64,000 nucleotides of DNA. It comes from Nitrospirota bacterium (GTDB taxonomy: Bacteria > Nitrospirota > Thermodesulfovibrionia > Thermodesulfovibrionales > UBA1546). Positions 28,270 through 37,623 of the stretch are shown piece by piece. The first letter of the stretch is position 1. Each line of letters starts with the position of its first letter. A program made the position numbers and the translations under genes. The stretch lies in contig JACRGY010000168.1 in assembly GCA_016212165.1 (NCBI GenBank), forward strand, positions 66-64,065, written 5' to 3'. The notes beneath the pieces are model-generated. The model saw only the letters and a list, made by a program, of their open reading frames with translations, did no database searches and was not told the DNA's origin.

Positions 28270-28578
28270 TCAGTTCAAGTCTTGTTTTCTTCGTTCCCGA
28301 GGGAAATATATGAAAAAAAAATATATCATTGCGGCCAACCAATTTGCTAATAGCAGTAGCCAACCCCAAAGGACTTTATGCTTTAAATCAGTTCTTTTGA
28401 AAAAATCTGATAGCATCCACACCCAAAATACAAAAATACTAAAAACCCCCAATATTAACAAAATTTTCGCCAATAGGCCATTTGCCTTACTAAGTTCACT
28501 CAAGTCGTATATGTCGATAGCAATGAGCGTAAACGTGCTGCTAAATATTAAAAAAAGTAACACATAAATTTTTCTCAT
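28270..28578 (-). CDS. Small membrane protein, PLD-nuclease-N-terminal (PLDc_N)-like
   Basis: WVWMLSDFFKR....K.LW.WLLLLANWLAAMIYFF pattern. Confidence 0.45.
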   Translation of the reverse strand: MRKIYVLLFLIFSSTFTLIAIDIYDLSELSKANGLLAKILLILGVFSIFVFWVWMLSDFFKRTDLKHKVLWGWLLLLANWLAAMIYFFFIYFPRERRKQDLN

Positions 28579-28792
28579 TTATCCCCCACATTTTGAAAAA
28601 TTTTCGACATGTTATGTCACCATTCACTCATGGCTTGGCAAAGACATATTTCGTGCAAGTCCCGTTTGCCATTTGACTTCCCTTTTTGATGCGAAAGATT
28701 ACCAATAAAAAGATTTTTTTGTCAATCTGCTTTTAGCCGCGGCTCGTTGCCCTCAGGTTGACTTGCCTGCTTTCATAGGGTTAATATTTTCT

Positions 28793-31700
28793 ATGCACCA
28801 ACATTCGGATTATGTCCCCCTTCACCTGCATACAGAATACAGCCTATTAGACGGGGCCCTAAAGATAAGCGAGCTGATTGAGCTGGCATCCCACTACAGA
28901 ATGCCGGCACTTGCCATTACTGACCACGGGAACCTTTTTGGCGCTGTTGAGTTTTATAAGAAGGTCTCAAAGGCAGGAATAAAACCGATTATCGGCTGTG
29001 AGGTCTATGTTGCCTCCAAAAGCCGCTTTGATAAAGAAAAAACCGATGCGTCAGAGGCATCTTTTCACCTTATCCTCCTGGCAAAAGACAACAATGGATA
29101 CAAAAATCTTGTTACGCTCGTGACAAAAGCATATACAGAAGGCTTTTACTACAAGCCCAGAATAGACAGGACATTGCTCGAGCAATACAGCGGCGGGCTC
29201 ATCGGCCTCACCTCCTGCCTTAAAGGAGAGGTGCCTTATTATCTTCAAAGAGGTTCAATAGACAAGGCAAGGGAAATCGCGCTTGAGTATAAACATATAT
29301 TAGGCCCTGAAAATTTCTACATGGAGATACAGAATAACGGGCTTGCAGAGCAGGAGAAGGTGAACGTACAGCTCGTAGAGCTTGCAAAAGAGCTGCACAT
29401 AGGCCTGGTTGCCACCAATGACTGCCACTACCTGAAAAAAGAGGATGCACGGGCCCATGACATATTGCTGTGCATACAGACAGGCAAGACCGTTGCGGAT
29501 GAGAGCAGATTGAAGTTCACCTCTGACGGTTTCTACTTCAAATCTCCTGATGAGATGAAGGCATATTTCAAAGAACTTCCCGACGCTATTTTAAATACAA
29601 GGGCCATTGCAGAAAAATGCAATGTGGATTTTAAACTCGGCTCAACTCTCCTGCCGTCCTATGCAACAGAATCCGATATTTCTCCCGACGCCTTGCTTGA
29701 ACAGAAAGCCAGGGCAGGGATGCTTGAAAAATTTGGCGCACAGCCTTCTGAAATTTATATGGAAAGACTGAAAAGAGAGATCAGCATAATTAAAAAAATG
29801 GGTTATTCTTCATATTTCCTCATAGTCTGGGACTTCATATCCCATGCAAGGGAAAAAGGGATTCCTGTTGGACCGGGCAGGGGTTCTGCTGCAGGAAGCC
29901 TTGTTTCTTATTGCCTTGATATTACAGAGCTGGACCCAATCAAATACGGCCTCCTTTTCGAAAGGTTTCTCAATCCTGAAAGAATAAGCATGCCTGATAT
30001 TGACGTTGATTTCTGCAAAGACAGAAGGGCAGAGGTAATTTCATATGTTTCAGAAAAATACGGACCGGACCATGTTGCCCAGATAATAACCTTTGGCACT
30101 ATGGCTGCAAAGGCAGCAATAAGGGATGTTGGACGGGCGCTTGACCTGCCCTATGCCGAGGTTGACAAAATTGCAAAGCTCGTTCCCAACACACTCAATA
30201 TTACTATTGATGATGCCTTGCATGCAGAACCTCAGCTCAAGGGGTTGTACGACGGTAACCAAAAGGTAAAAGAGCTTCTTGACATTGCAAGGAGGCTTGA
30301 GGGGCTTTGCAGGCATGCATCAACGCATGCTGCAGGGGTTGTTATATCTCCAAGGCCCCTGACAGATTACACGCCGCTGTATAAAAACACTTCTGACGGA
30401 AGCATAACAACACAATTTGACATGGGCGCTGTTGAGAGTATCGGCCTCCTGAAGTTTGACTTCCTCGGCCTTAAAACTCTCACCCTCCTTCAAAAGGCAT
30501 TGCTCTATATAAAAAACAGCGGTTCTGACCTGTCTCTGAAAGATATCCCTCTGGATGATTTAAAAACCTATGAGTTGCTGGGTTCGGGCCAGACAACAGG
30601 GGTCTTCCAGCTTGAAAGTTCCGGAATGCGCGACATACTTCTCAGGATGCGGCCAGCAAGATTTGAAGACCTTATAGCGCTAGTGGCCCTTTACAGGCCG
30701 GGCCCTATGGCATGGATAGATGATTTTATAAAGCGGAAAAACAAAGAGGCAAAAGTCCCCTTTGCAATGCCTCAGCTGAAGGAAATCCTTGATGAAACCT
30801 ATGGAATAATTCTCTATCAGGAACAGGTCATGCTGATTGCCAATAAGATAGCTAATTTTTCCATGGGGCAGGCAGACATCCTCAGAAAAGCCATGGGCAA
30901 AAAACAGCCTGAAGAAATGGAGAGGCTTAAAGAGGCATTCATAAAAGGGGCTGTTGCAAATAAGATCCCGGAGAAAAAGGCAAAAGAGCTGTTTGAAAAA
31001 ATGGAGCCCTTCGCAATGTATGGATTTAACAAATCACATTCAGCTGCTTATGCCTATATTGCCTATCAGACAGCATATCTTAAGGCGCACTATCCTGTTG
31101 AGTTTATGGCTGCCACTCTCAGCACTGAGATGGACAATACCGATAAGATTGTCCATTTTATTGCGGAATGCAGAAATATGTCCATACAAATCCTTCCTCC
31201 TGATATAAACCTGAGCGGAAGGGAATTTAAGGTAATAGGCAACTCCATAAGGTTCGGGCTTGAGGCTGTTAAGGGTGTTGGTTCCGCTGCCATAGAATCA
31301 ATACTCGAATCTAAAGATAAGGACGGCCCTTTTCTGTCCATGGAAGATTTCCTCAAGAGAGTAGACACGAGAAAGGTGAATAAAAAGGTACTGGAGAATC
31401 TTATAAAGGCCGGGGCCTTCGATTCCCTCGGGATGACACGGGCAAGTGCAATGTCTTTTATCCATGACTCTCTTAACGGAACGCGTTCCCGCAATGCGGG
31501 CCAGCAGAGCATTTTTGGCTCTCAGGAGGAAACTGAAACAATTAAAGAATGGGATGAAATGGAAACCCTCACTCATGAAAAAGAGGCCCTTGGTTTTTAT
31601 ATTACAGGGCACCCGCTCATGAAATACAGGGAGAAGCTCTCAGCCCTGCATATAAAGCGGACTTCTGAGATTGAGGCCCTCGGTGACAGAGAAGAGGCCA

Positions 31701-32191
31701 GGGTTGCCGGGGTCATAAGCACCATAAAAAAATTTCAGAAGCGGGGCACTTCAGAAACAATGGCCTATTTTACGCTTGAGGACGAGTTAGGAAATATCGA
31801 GGCCATCGTATTCCCGGAACTTTACAGAAACAGTCTGGAGATACTCAAAAAAGACATGCCTGTAATTGTAAAAGGGATCATAGACCGGACAGAAAAAGGC
31901 ACAAAACTCATTTCAAACGAGATAGCAAAAATAGAAAGCCTTCTTTCTAAAAATGGCTTAAAATGCGAAATTAGTATAAAATATCCTGTTGTAAACAGCC
32001 TGAATCTTCAGGATCTGAGGCAAATGCTCTCAGGCAACTCAGGGAGCTGCCCTTTATATCTTAAGATAGAATTGCAGGACTCTCAGGTATTTTTAGCCAC
32101 AGGGCTTCAGATAGAGCCTAGCAGCCCGCTGATAGATAAGCTTGAAGGATTCTTAGGGAAAGGAGCAGTGAGAATAGTGAACAGTATATAG
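28793..32191 (+). CDS. dnaE: DNA polymerase III alpha subunit
   Basis: PHP domain start VPLHLHTEYSLLDGA, and the PDIDVDF catalytic motif. Confidence 0.95.
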   Translation: MHQHSDYVPLHLHTEYSLLDGALKISELIELASHYRMPALAITDHGNLFGAVEFYKKVSKAGIKPIIGCEVYVASKSRFDKEKTDASEASFHLILLAKDNNGYKNLVTLVTKAYTEGFYYKPRIDRTLLEQYSGGLIGLTSCLKGEVPYYLQRGSIDKAREIALEYKHILGPENFYMEIQNNGLAEQEKVNVQLVELAKELHIGLVATNDCHYLKKEDARAHDILLCIQTGKTVADESRLKFTSDGFYFKSPDEMKAYFKELPDAILNTRAIAEKCNVDFKLGSTLLPSYATESDISPDALLEQKARAGMLEKFGAQPSEIYMERLKREISIIKKMGYSSYFLIVWDFISHAREKGIPVGPGRGSAAGSLVSYCLDITELDPIKYGLLFERFLNPERISMPDIDVDFCKDRRAEVISYVSEKYGPDHVAQIITFGTMAAKAAIRDVGRALDLPYAEVDKIAKLVPNTLNITIDDALHAEPQLKGLYDGNQKVKELLDIARRLEGLCRHASTHAAGVVISPRPLTDYTPLYKNTSDGSITTQFDMGAVESIGLLKFDFLGLKTLTLLQKALLYIKNSGSDLSLKDIPLDDLKTYELLGSGQTTGVFQLESSGMRDILLRMRPARFEDLIALVALYRPGPMAWIDDFIKRKNKEAKVPFAMPQLKEILDETYGIILYQEQVMLIANKIANFSMGQADILRKAMGKKQPEEMERLKEAFIKGAVANKIPEKKAKELFEKMEPFAMYGFNKSHSAAYAYIAYQTAYLKAHYPVEFMAATLSTEMDNTDKIVHFIAECRNMSIQILPPDINLSGREFKVIGNSIRFGLEAVKGVGSAAIESILESKDKDGPFLSMEDFLKRVDTRKVNKKVLENLIKAGAFDSLGMTRASAMSFIHDSLNGTRSRNAGQQSIFGSQEETETIKEWDEMETLTHEKEALGFYITGHPLMKYREKLSALHIKRTSEIEALGDREEARVAGVISTIKKFQKRGTSETMAYFTLEDELGNIEAIVFPELYRNSLEILKKDMPVIVKGIIDRTEKGTKLISNEIAKIESLLSKNGLKCEISIKYPVVNSLNLQDLRQMLSGNSGSCPLYLKIELQDSQVFLATGLQIEPSSPLIDKLEGFLGKGAVRIVNSI

Positions 32192-32213
32192 TAGACAGAA
32201 TTCAGGAAAAGAC

Positions 32214-32244
32214 CTGACTGCTGACTGCTGATCGCTGACTACTG
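32214..32244. repeat. Heptanucleotide tandem array (CTGACTG x ~4.4) in the dnaE-accA spacer
   Basis: CTGACTG CTGACTG CTGATCG CTGACTA CTG. Confidence 0.85.
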
Positions 32245-32249
32245 TATTT

Positions 32250-33227
32250 ATGAAATACTATCTTGAATTTGAAAAACCGATAGAAGAGCTTGAGCTTAAA
32301 ATAGAGGAACTTAAGCTTCTTTCCGACAGGAAAGACATGGATATTGCCTCAGCAGTAAAAAAACTCGAGAAAAAAGCGAAAGAGCTGCGTTCAGAGATAT
32401 TTTCCAACCTGACCCCATGGCAGAAAACGCTTCTTGCAAGGCATCCTGACAGGCCCTATACCCTTGACTACATAAACCTTCTGTCTAAGGATTTTATAGA
32501 GCTTCACGGCGATAGAAGATTTGCCGATGACCCTGCCATAGTTGGCGGTTTTGCAACAATAAACGGGGCCTCAATCATGCTTATCGGCCATCAAAAAGGC
32601 AGGGGTACGAAAGAAAGGATATACAGGAATTTCGGACAACCTCAGCCTGAAGGTTACAGAAAAGCCCTTCGGCTCATGAGGCTTGCAGAAAGGTTCAAAA
32701 AACCTATAGTTACATTTATTGATACACCCGGCGCCTATCCCGGCATAGGCGCAGAGGAGCGCGGACAGTCAGAAGCAATTGCAACAAACCTGATGGAGAT
32801 GTCGCGGATAAAAACTCCCATAACCTCCATTGTTATCGGCGAAGGCGGGAGCGGTGGTGCGCTTGCACTGGGAGTTGCCGACAGAATCTATATGCTGGAA
32901 CATTCTGTTTATTCAGTTATATCGCCTGAGGGCTGTGCAGCAATACTATGGAAAAAAAATGGGGATATAGATTCAAAAGAGTTTTCAAAGGCTGCAGATG
33001 CGCTCAGGCTGACTGCTCAGGACCTTATCGGGTTCAGGATAATTGATGATATAATACCCGAACCCCTTGGCGGCGCTCAAAGAGACCCCGAGGCAGTAGC
33101 AAAAAATATCTTAGAGATAATATTAAAAACAACTGAAGAACTAAGCGCTAAGACTACAGGAAAACTAACAGAAGAGAGATATAAACGGCTCAGGAAGATT
33201 GGCAGTTTCGGAGCAGAAGAAGATTAA
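32250..33227 (+). CDS. accA: Acetyl-CoA carboxylase carboxyltransferase alpha subunit
   Basis: ...[13 protein letters not shown].. and [23 protein letters not shown] motifs. Confidence 0.95.
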   Translation: MKYYLEFEKPIEELELKIEELKLLSDRKDMDIASAVKKLEKKAKELRSEIFSNLTPWQKTLLARHPDRPYTLDYINLLSKDFIELHGDRRFADDPAIVGGFATINGASIMLIGHQKGRGTKERIYRNFGQPQPEGYRKALRLMRLAERFKKPIVTFIDTPGAYPGIGAEERGQSEAIATNLMEMSRIKTPITSIVIGEGGSGGALALGVADRIYMLEHSVYSVISPEGCAAILWKKNGDIDSKEFSKAADALRLTAQDLIGFRIIDDIIPEPLGGAQRDPEAVAKNILEIILKTTEELSAKTTGKLTEERYKRLRKIGSFGAEED

Positions 33228-33236
33228 GAAATATCA

Positions 33237-33323
33237 GCCGGTGTGGTGGAACTGGCAGACGCGCCGGACTCAAAATCCGGTCTGGGCAACCAGGTGGGAG
33301 TTCGATTCTCCCCACCGGCACCA
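33237..33323 (+). tRNA. tRNA-Leu (anticodon CAA), CCA encoded
   Basis: Acceptor GCCGGTG/CACCGGC, anticodon loop CTCAAAA, long variable arm, TTCGATTC T-loop, followed by a T-run. Confidence 0.9.
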
Positions 33324-33331
33324 CTTTTTTA

Positions 33332-34138
33332 CTACGGTTTTTTGTCAATCATCTGGATGAGAGAATCAGCATCTTTGTAGCCAGGGACAATTCCTCCGTC
33401 AGGAAGTATGATGGCAGGAGTGCCTGTTATGCCAAGCTTCCCTGCGAGTTTTATATTTTCGTCAACCGCGGTTGTTTCGCATTTAGGTTTTGGCAACGGC
33501 TTCCCTTCAAAAGCATCCTCCAGCAGTTTTAGAGAATTTTCACAAATAATTGCCTTTGCCTTGTCATATGCTCCCTTATGCATCGGCAGCGGATATAGCT
33601 TTATATAAAAAACAATGTCTTTCCTTTTTTCCAGAACCTTCTTCATCTCCTGATGAAGTTTACCGCAGTATGGTCAGTCAGGGTCGTCGAAAACAACGAC
33701 TTTGTGTTTAGCATTTTTATCACCCATCACAAGGGCATCCCCCAGAGGAATCTGGGATATGTCAATCCTGTTGAGACTATAAAGTCTGTCCCCTGTAAGG
33801 TTTGTCTTTGTCTTGAGGTTGAATACTGCGCCTGACACAACAAGTTCTTTTGAAAAACTGATATAAACTATTCCCTTCTGTCCTTTTGAGTCAAAGGCAA
33901 CTTCCCATAGTCCTTTAACCGGCCCTGGCCCTGCTTCGAGAACCTTTGCATCAGGAATGCCTTCCCTGAGTATATCCTGCGCCTCGCTATTGGTTATCTG
34001 GTGGCACTTGGCGCAGTTATGCTCGGCCTTCTCATCGCCGTACACCTGAGGGATAATCATAAGACAGGCGATAGAAACTGCCAGAATAATTATTAATATA
34101 TGTTTCCGCATTTGTAAAATATACCATATTTTTATCAT
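33332..34138 (-). CDS. Periplasmic DsbC/DsbG-like thiol:disulfide interchange selenoprotein (in-frame TGA at 33676..33674 read as Sec)
   Basis: Two same-frame ORFs joined by a TGA give ..VVVFDDPD-U-PYC-GKLH... Signal peptide MRKHILIIILAVSIACLMI (alternative start 34111). Downstream hairpin. selB is in the window. Confidence 0.7.
33641..33658 (-). promoter_or_regulatory. Candidate bacterial SECIS hairpin
   Basis: CUUCAUC-AGGA-GAUGAAG, a perfect 7-bp stem starting 15 nt after the in-frame UGA. Confidence 0.5.
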
Positions 34139-34203
34139 CTCTTACAATAAAAACTCAAAAAATCATAAATTCGTTCGATATAATTACTAACAGAACCTTA
34201 ACA

Positions 34204-35433
34204 ATGGAAAATTTAAGTATTGACCTGATAGCCTTGCTTGTAACAGCGCTTGCTGTTTCCCTTATTGCCTTCTTTCTCGGAAAAAAAACCGGCGGGGTAT
34301 GGGAAAAAGAGGCCAGGCTTGCCGAAGAGAAAAAATTTCGGAGAGAACTGCTGCTCTCGGAATCAAGGAAAAATGAATTTCAGAGAGAACTTAATGACTT
34401 AAAACAGAAGAACGAAAAATACCTGTATTTTCTCGTAAGGCTTCCTGAAACTGTCAAATACCTTAATTCCAACCTCTCATTTGATGAGATAATCTCAGCT
34501 ATTCTCAGGCTTACAAAAGACCTTACTGACACAGATGCCATTGAGCTATATATTTTTAATAAAAAAACACAGTGCCTGGACCTGATTGCTGCTTACGGCT
34601 CTAACAAGAAAAAGAGCATTGAAATCAATCTTGGTGATGGAGTTATAGGAGAGAGTGCATCAGCCAGGGCCATGGTCTCAAAAGAACAAGTTGAAAGGCG
34701 CCTGCCCGGCCGCAATGGTGAGAACATAGAGCTTGGCGTACCAATACTTTTTAAAACCAATCTGATTGGTGTTCTCGGTGTAGGAAAGATAAAGGCTTAC
34801 ACGGGAAATGAAAAAAGGTTCCTTGCAATGGTTGCAGACCTTGCAGCCGTTGCCCTGCAAAACTGTGAGTATCTGACTTTTGCAAAGGAAGAGGCAATAA
34901 CAGACGCCCTGACAGGGCTTTACAATAAAAAACACTTCTTTGAGCGGGCGCTCGAAGATGCACAAAAAGCGTTAAGCTACAATTTCCCCTTATCAGTATT
35001 TATGTTTGATATCGACCATTTCAAAAAATATAATGACCAGAATGGCCATGTGGAGGGAGATGTTCTGCTCAAAAGACTTAGCAAGCTCCTCAAGGAAAAT
35101 ACCCGTTCTACAGATACTATTGCCAGGTATGGCGGCGAAGAATTTATCGTACTCCTGCCGAATACAGAAAAAAACAGCGCAATACTTTATGCTGAAAAAA
35201 TAAGAAAGGCCATCGAATCATGTCCTTTTCAGCATAGAGAAAAACAACCATTGGGCTATGTGTCTATAAGCGGCGGGGTGGCAACTTTTCCCCTTGATGG
35301 AAAATCTATTGATTCTATTGTGAAAAATGCAGACAAAGCCCTCTATGAATCAAAAACCTCAGGAAGGAACCGCGTAACAAAATACGAATCATTCCAGTTC
35401 TCGTCTGAAGAGGAACCTCAGAAGCCATCTTAA
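34204..35433 (+). CDS. Membrane-anchored GAF-GGDEF diguanylate cyclase
   Basis: N-terminal TM, coiled coil, GAF-like region, then DALTGLYNKK...RYGGEEFIVLLP. Confidence 0.85.
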   Translation: MENLSIDLIALLVTALAVSLIAFFLGKKTGGVWEKEARLAEEKKFRRELLLSESRKNEFQRELNDLKQKNEKYLYFLVRLPETVKYLNSNLSFDEIISAILRLTKDLTDTDAIELYIFNKKTQCLDLIAAYGSNKKKSIEINLGDGVIGESASARAMVSKEQVERRLPGRNGENIELGVPILFKTNLIGVLGVGKIKAYTGNEKRFLAMVADLAAVALQNCEYLTFAKEEAITDALTGLYNKKHFFERALEDAQKALSYNFPLSVFMFDIDHFKKYNDQNGHVEGDVLLKRLSKLLKENTRSTDTIARYGGEEFIVLLPNTEKNSAILYAEKIRKAIESCPFQHREKQPLGYVSISGGVATFPLDGKSIDSIVKNADKALYESKTSGRNRVTKYESFQFSSEEEPQKPS

Positions 35434-35975
35434 AGATATTTTTTTGCAAGCTCCATTAAGCCAAATATCTTCAGGTCAATAGCCTTTCCCTGTGCGTTTA
35501 AAAGAGTCAGCCTGTCATAAAGTTCACCTATTGGAACCTTTAAAACCTCGATGTCTTCTGTCTCATCCCTTTGGTCAATACCCTTAAATTTCAGGCCCTT
35601 TGCAAGATATACGGTAAGTATCTCGCTTGAAGAGCCTGATGATACCGGGCCTTCTGCAAGAAAAATCAATTCCTCTGCAGAATATCCGGTTTCCTCAAGA
35701 AGTTCTCTTCTTGCGGCCGCCTCAAGGGTTTCACCCTTATCATTAAGCCCTGCAGGAAACTCTATCACATATCCGTTAACAGCAGGCCTGAACTGCCTTA
35801 TGATAAGCGTCTCGCCTTCTGCTGTGACAGGCACAATTGCAACGATTCCGTCGCAACTCACCCGCTCAAATGCCTCCCAGCTTCTTGTCGAGCCTGAAGA
35901 ATCCCTGTACGTCACGCTGATACACCTAAGAAATTTACCAGCCCATAAAATTTTCTTTCCTATAACATCAACCAT
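35430..35975 (-). CDS. Nudix hydrolase (ADP-ribose pyrophosphatase-like)
   Basis: Nudix box GLNDKGETLEAAARRELLEETGY. Confidence 0.85.
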   Translation of the reverse strand: MVDVIGKKILWAGKFLRCISVTYRDSSGSTRSWEAFERVSCDGIVAIVPVTAEGETLIIRQFRPAVNGYVIEFPAGLNDKGETLEAAARRELLEETGYSAEELIFLAEGPVSSGSSSEILTVYLAKGLKFKGIDQRDETEDIEVLKVPIGELYDRLTLLNAQGKAIDLKIFGLMELAKKYL

Positions 35976-36210
35976 GTCTTTCCTTCCGAATTACCCAAAT
36001 ACTTAAAAATTATAAAGGAATATGAAAAAATATTCACATATTTAAAGTTTTATTGGAAAATACCGATAATTTAACCATATCAGTCTTAAGGCCGTGTGGC
36101 TTATTGCCAGCATGTCCGGGATATGTCCTAAATATGGTAAAAAGTAATCCCGAAAAAAAATCAGGCAGTCTGAAGAAAAATACAGAGAGCTTTACAATGG
36201 CGCCCCCGTA

Positions 36211-37296
36211 ATGCTCCACTCGGTAAATGCTGACGGAGTGATTATAGAGTGCAATGCCACCGAACTTAATGCTCTCGGCTACAGAAAAGATGAGCTCATC
36301 GGACAGCACCTGACCATGATACTGAGCCCCGAGAGCCGGGAGGTGTTTGAAGAGCGATTTAATGTACTTAAAAAAATCGGCTATGCTGAGGCAGAATATG
36401 TATTCATTGCTAAAGACGGCAGAAAAATTCCTGTTTCCGTAAGGGGCAACGCACTATATGATAAACATGGCAATTTTCTCAAATCAAGCACGCTAAGCAC
36501 TGACCTGACAGCCATAAAAAAAGCCGCCGAGGAAAAGACAGCCCTCGAAAACAGGTTGATTCAGTCGCAGAAAATGGAGGCCATCGGCACCCTGGCAGGA
36601 GGGGTTGCGCATGACTTTAATAATATACTTACAGGGATATTAAGCTATGCCCAGCTCGCAGAGATGAAGACCTCCGAGCCTTATGTCAAAAAAGCCCTGA
36701 AACAAATATTTAATTTAAGCCAGAAGGCTTCAGACCTTATAAAACAAATTCTTTTAATGGGAAGGGAGTTCCCTCCTGCATTCACAGTGATAAATCTCAA
36801 CAGTTTCATAGAAGATTCTCTAACAACCTTCCAACGCATCATCGCGGATAACATAGAGATAAAACTTTCCATATCGAAAGAGTTTCCCTATGTAAAGGCC
36901 GACCCTGCTCAAATAAATCAGGCCCTTATGAATTTGACCGTTAATGCAAGAGATGCGTTATTGGAAAAAGGAGGCACGATTAAAATAAAAACTGATGTTT
37001 TTGAGCCTGATGAGGAATATTGCCAACAATTTCCCTATGCGAAACGCGGCCGCTATGCTGTTATCTCTGTCGCTGACTCAGGGCATGGCATCCCGGAAGA
37101 GATAAAGGACAGGATCTTTGAGCCATTCTTTACAACAAAGGCTGTTGGCAAGGGAACAGGGCTTGGGCTTTCAGTGACGTACTCTGTAGTCAAAAACCAT
37201 GGCGGATGGATAAATTTTTATAGTGAATCTGAAAAGGGTACAGAGTTCTTAATGTATCTCCCTGCCATCGAGACCAGAACTGCGCTGCCTGAGTAA
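36211..37296 (+). CDS. PAS-domain sensor histidine kinase (5' end uncertain, see the A8 tract at 36153..36160)
   Basis: PAS core, H-box [13 protein letters not shown] boxes ..NLTVNARDA.. and GTGLGLS. Confidence 0.85.
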   Translation: MLHSVNADGVIIECNATELNALGYRKDELIGQHLTMILSPESREVFEERFNVLKKIGYAEAEYVFIAKDGRKIPVSVRGNALYDKHGNFLKSSTLSTDLTAIKKAAEEKTALENRLIQSQKMEAIGTLAGGVAHDFNNILTGILSYAQLAEMKTSEPYVKKALKQIFNLSQKASDLIKQILLMGREFPPAFTVINLNSFIEDSLTTFQRIIADNIEIKLSISKEFPYVKADPAQINQALMNLTVNARDALLEKGGTIKIKTDVFEPDEEYCQQFPYAKRGRYAVISVADSGHGIPEEIKDRIFEPFFTTKAVGKGTGLGLSVTYSVVKNHGGWINFYSESEKGTEFLMYLPAIETRTALPE

Positions 37297-37438
37297 ACAC
37301 CGTATCACTGACTTACGTTGTGGGCTTATGCTGCAAGGGGTAAACCGCTGCGATTTGTTTCCCGGTTACTAATCCGGATTCACATGACTTGCTGAATGCA
37401 ATTCCCTTGACTCATGGATGAATATAAGAATAAAATCA

Positions 37439-37514
37439 TGGTGGGCAGTCGCAGAATCGAACTGCGGACACGAGGCTTTTCAGGCCTCTGCTCTACCGAC
37501 TGAGCTAACTGCCC
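37439..37514 (-). tRNA. tRNA-Phe (anticodon GAA), CCA encoded
   Basis: The reverse complement GGGCAGTTAGCTCAGTCGGTAGAGCAGAGGCCTGAAAAGCCTCGTGTCCGCAGTTCGATTCTGCGACTGCCCACCA folds as a canonical cloverleaf. Confidence 0.95.
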
Positions 37515-37519
37515 GTATG

Positions 37520-37610
37520 ATTAAGTTTAGTGTTAAAAGTTATAAGTTAAATCTTAACTGCAACCTTGCTCAGTTCACTTTTAACTTTTAACTTTACACT
37601 TTTAACTTTT
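37520..37610. repeat. Heptamer arrays: degenerate (A)AAGTTA-type units, then AACTTTT x5 (37576..37610) in inverted orientation
   Basis: CACTTTT AACTTTT AACTTTA CACTTTT AACTTTT, preceded by GTTAAAAGTTATAAGTTAAAT. Lies between tRNA-Phe and lnt. Confidence 0.75.
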
Positions 37611-37623
37611 TTATTGTCAAGGC

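Noticed and set aside
37297-37438. A possible ncRNA (SRP, 6S, RNase P or tmRNA fragments) between the kinase gene and tRNA-Phe
   Set aside because: No conserved motif of these RNAs was found by eye.
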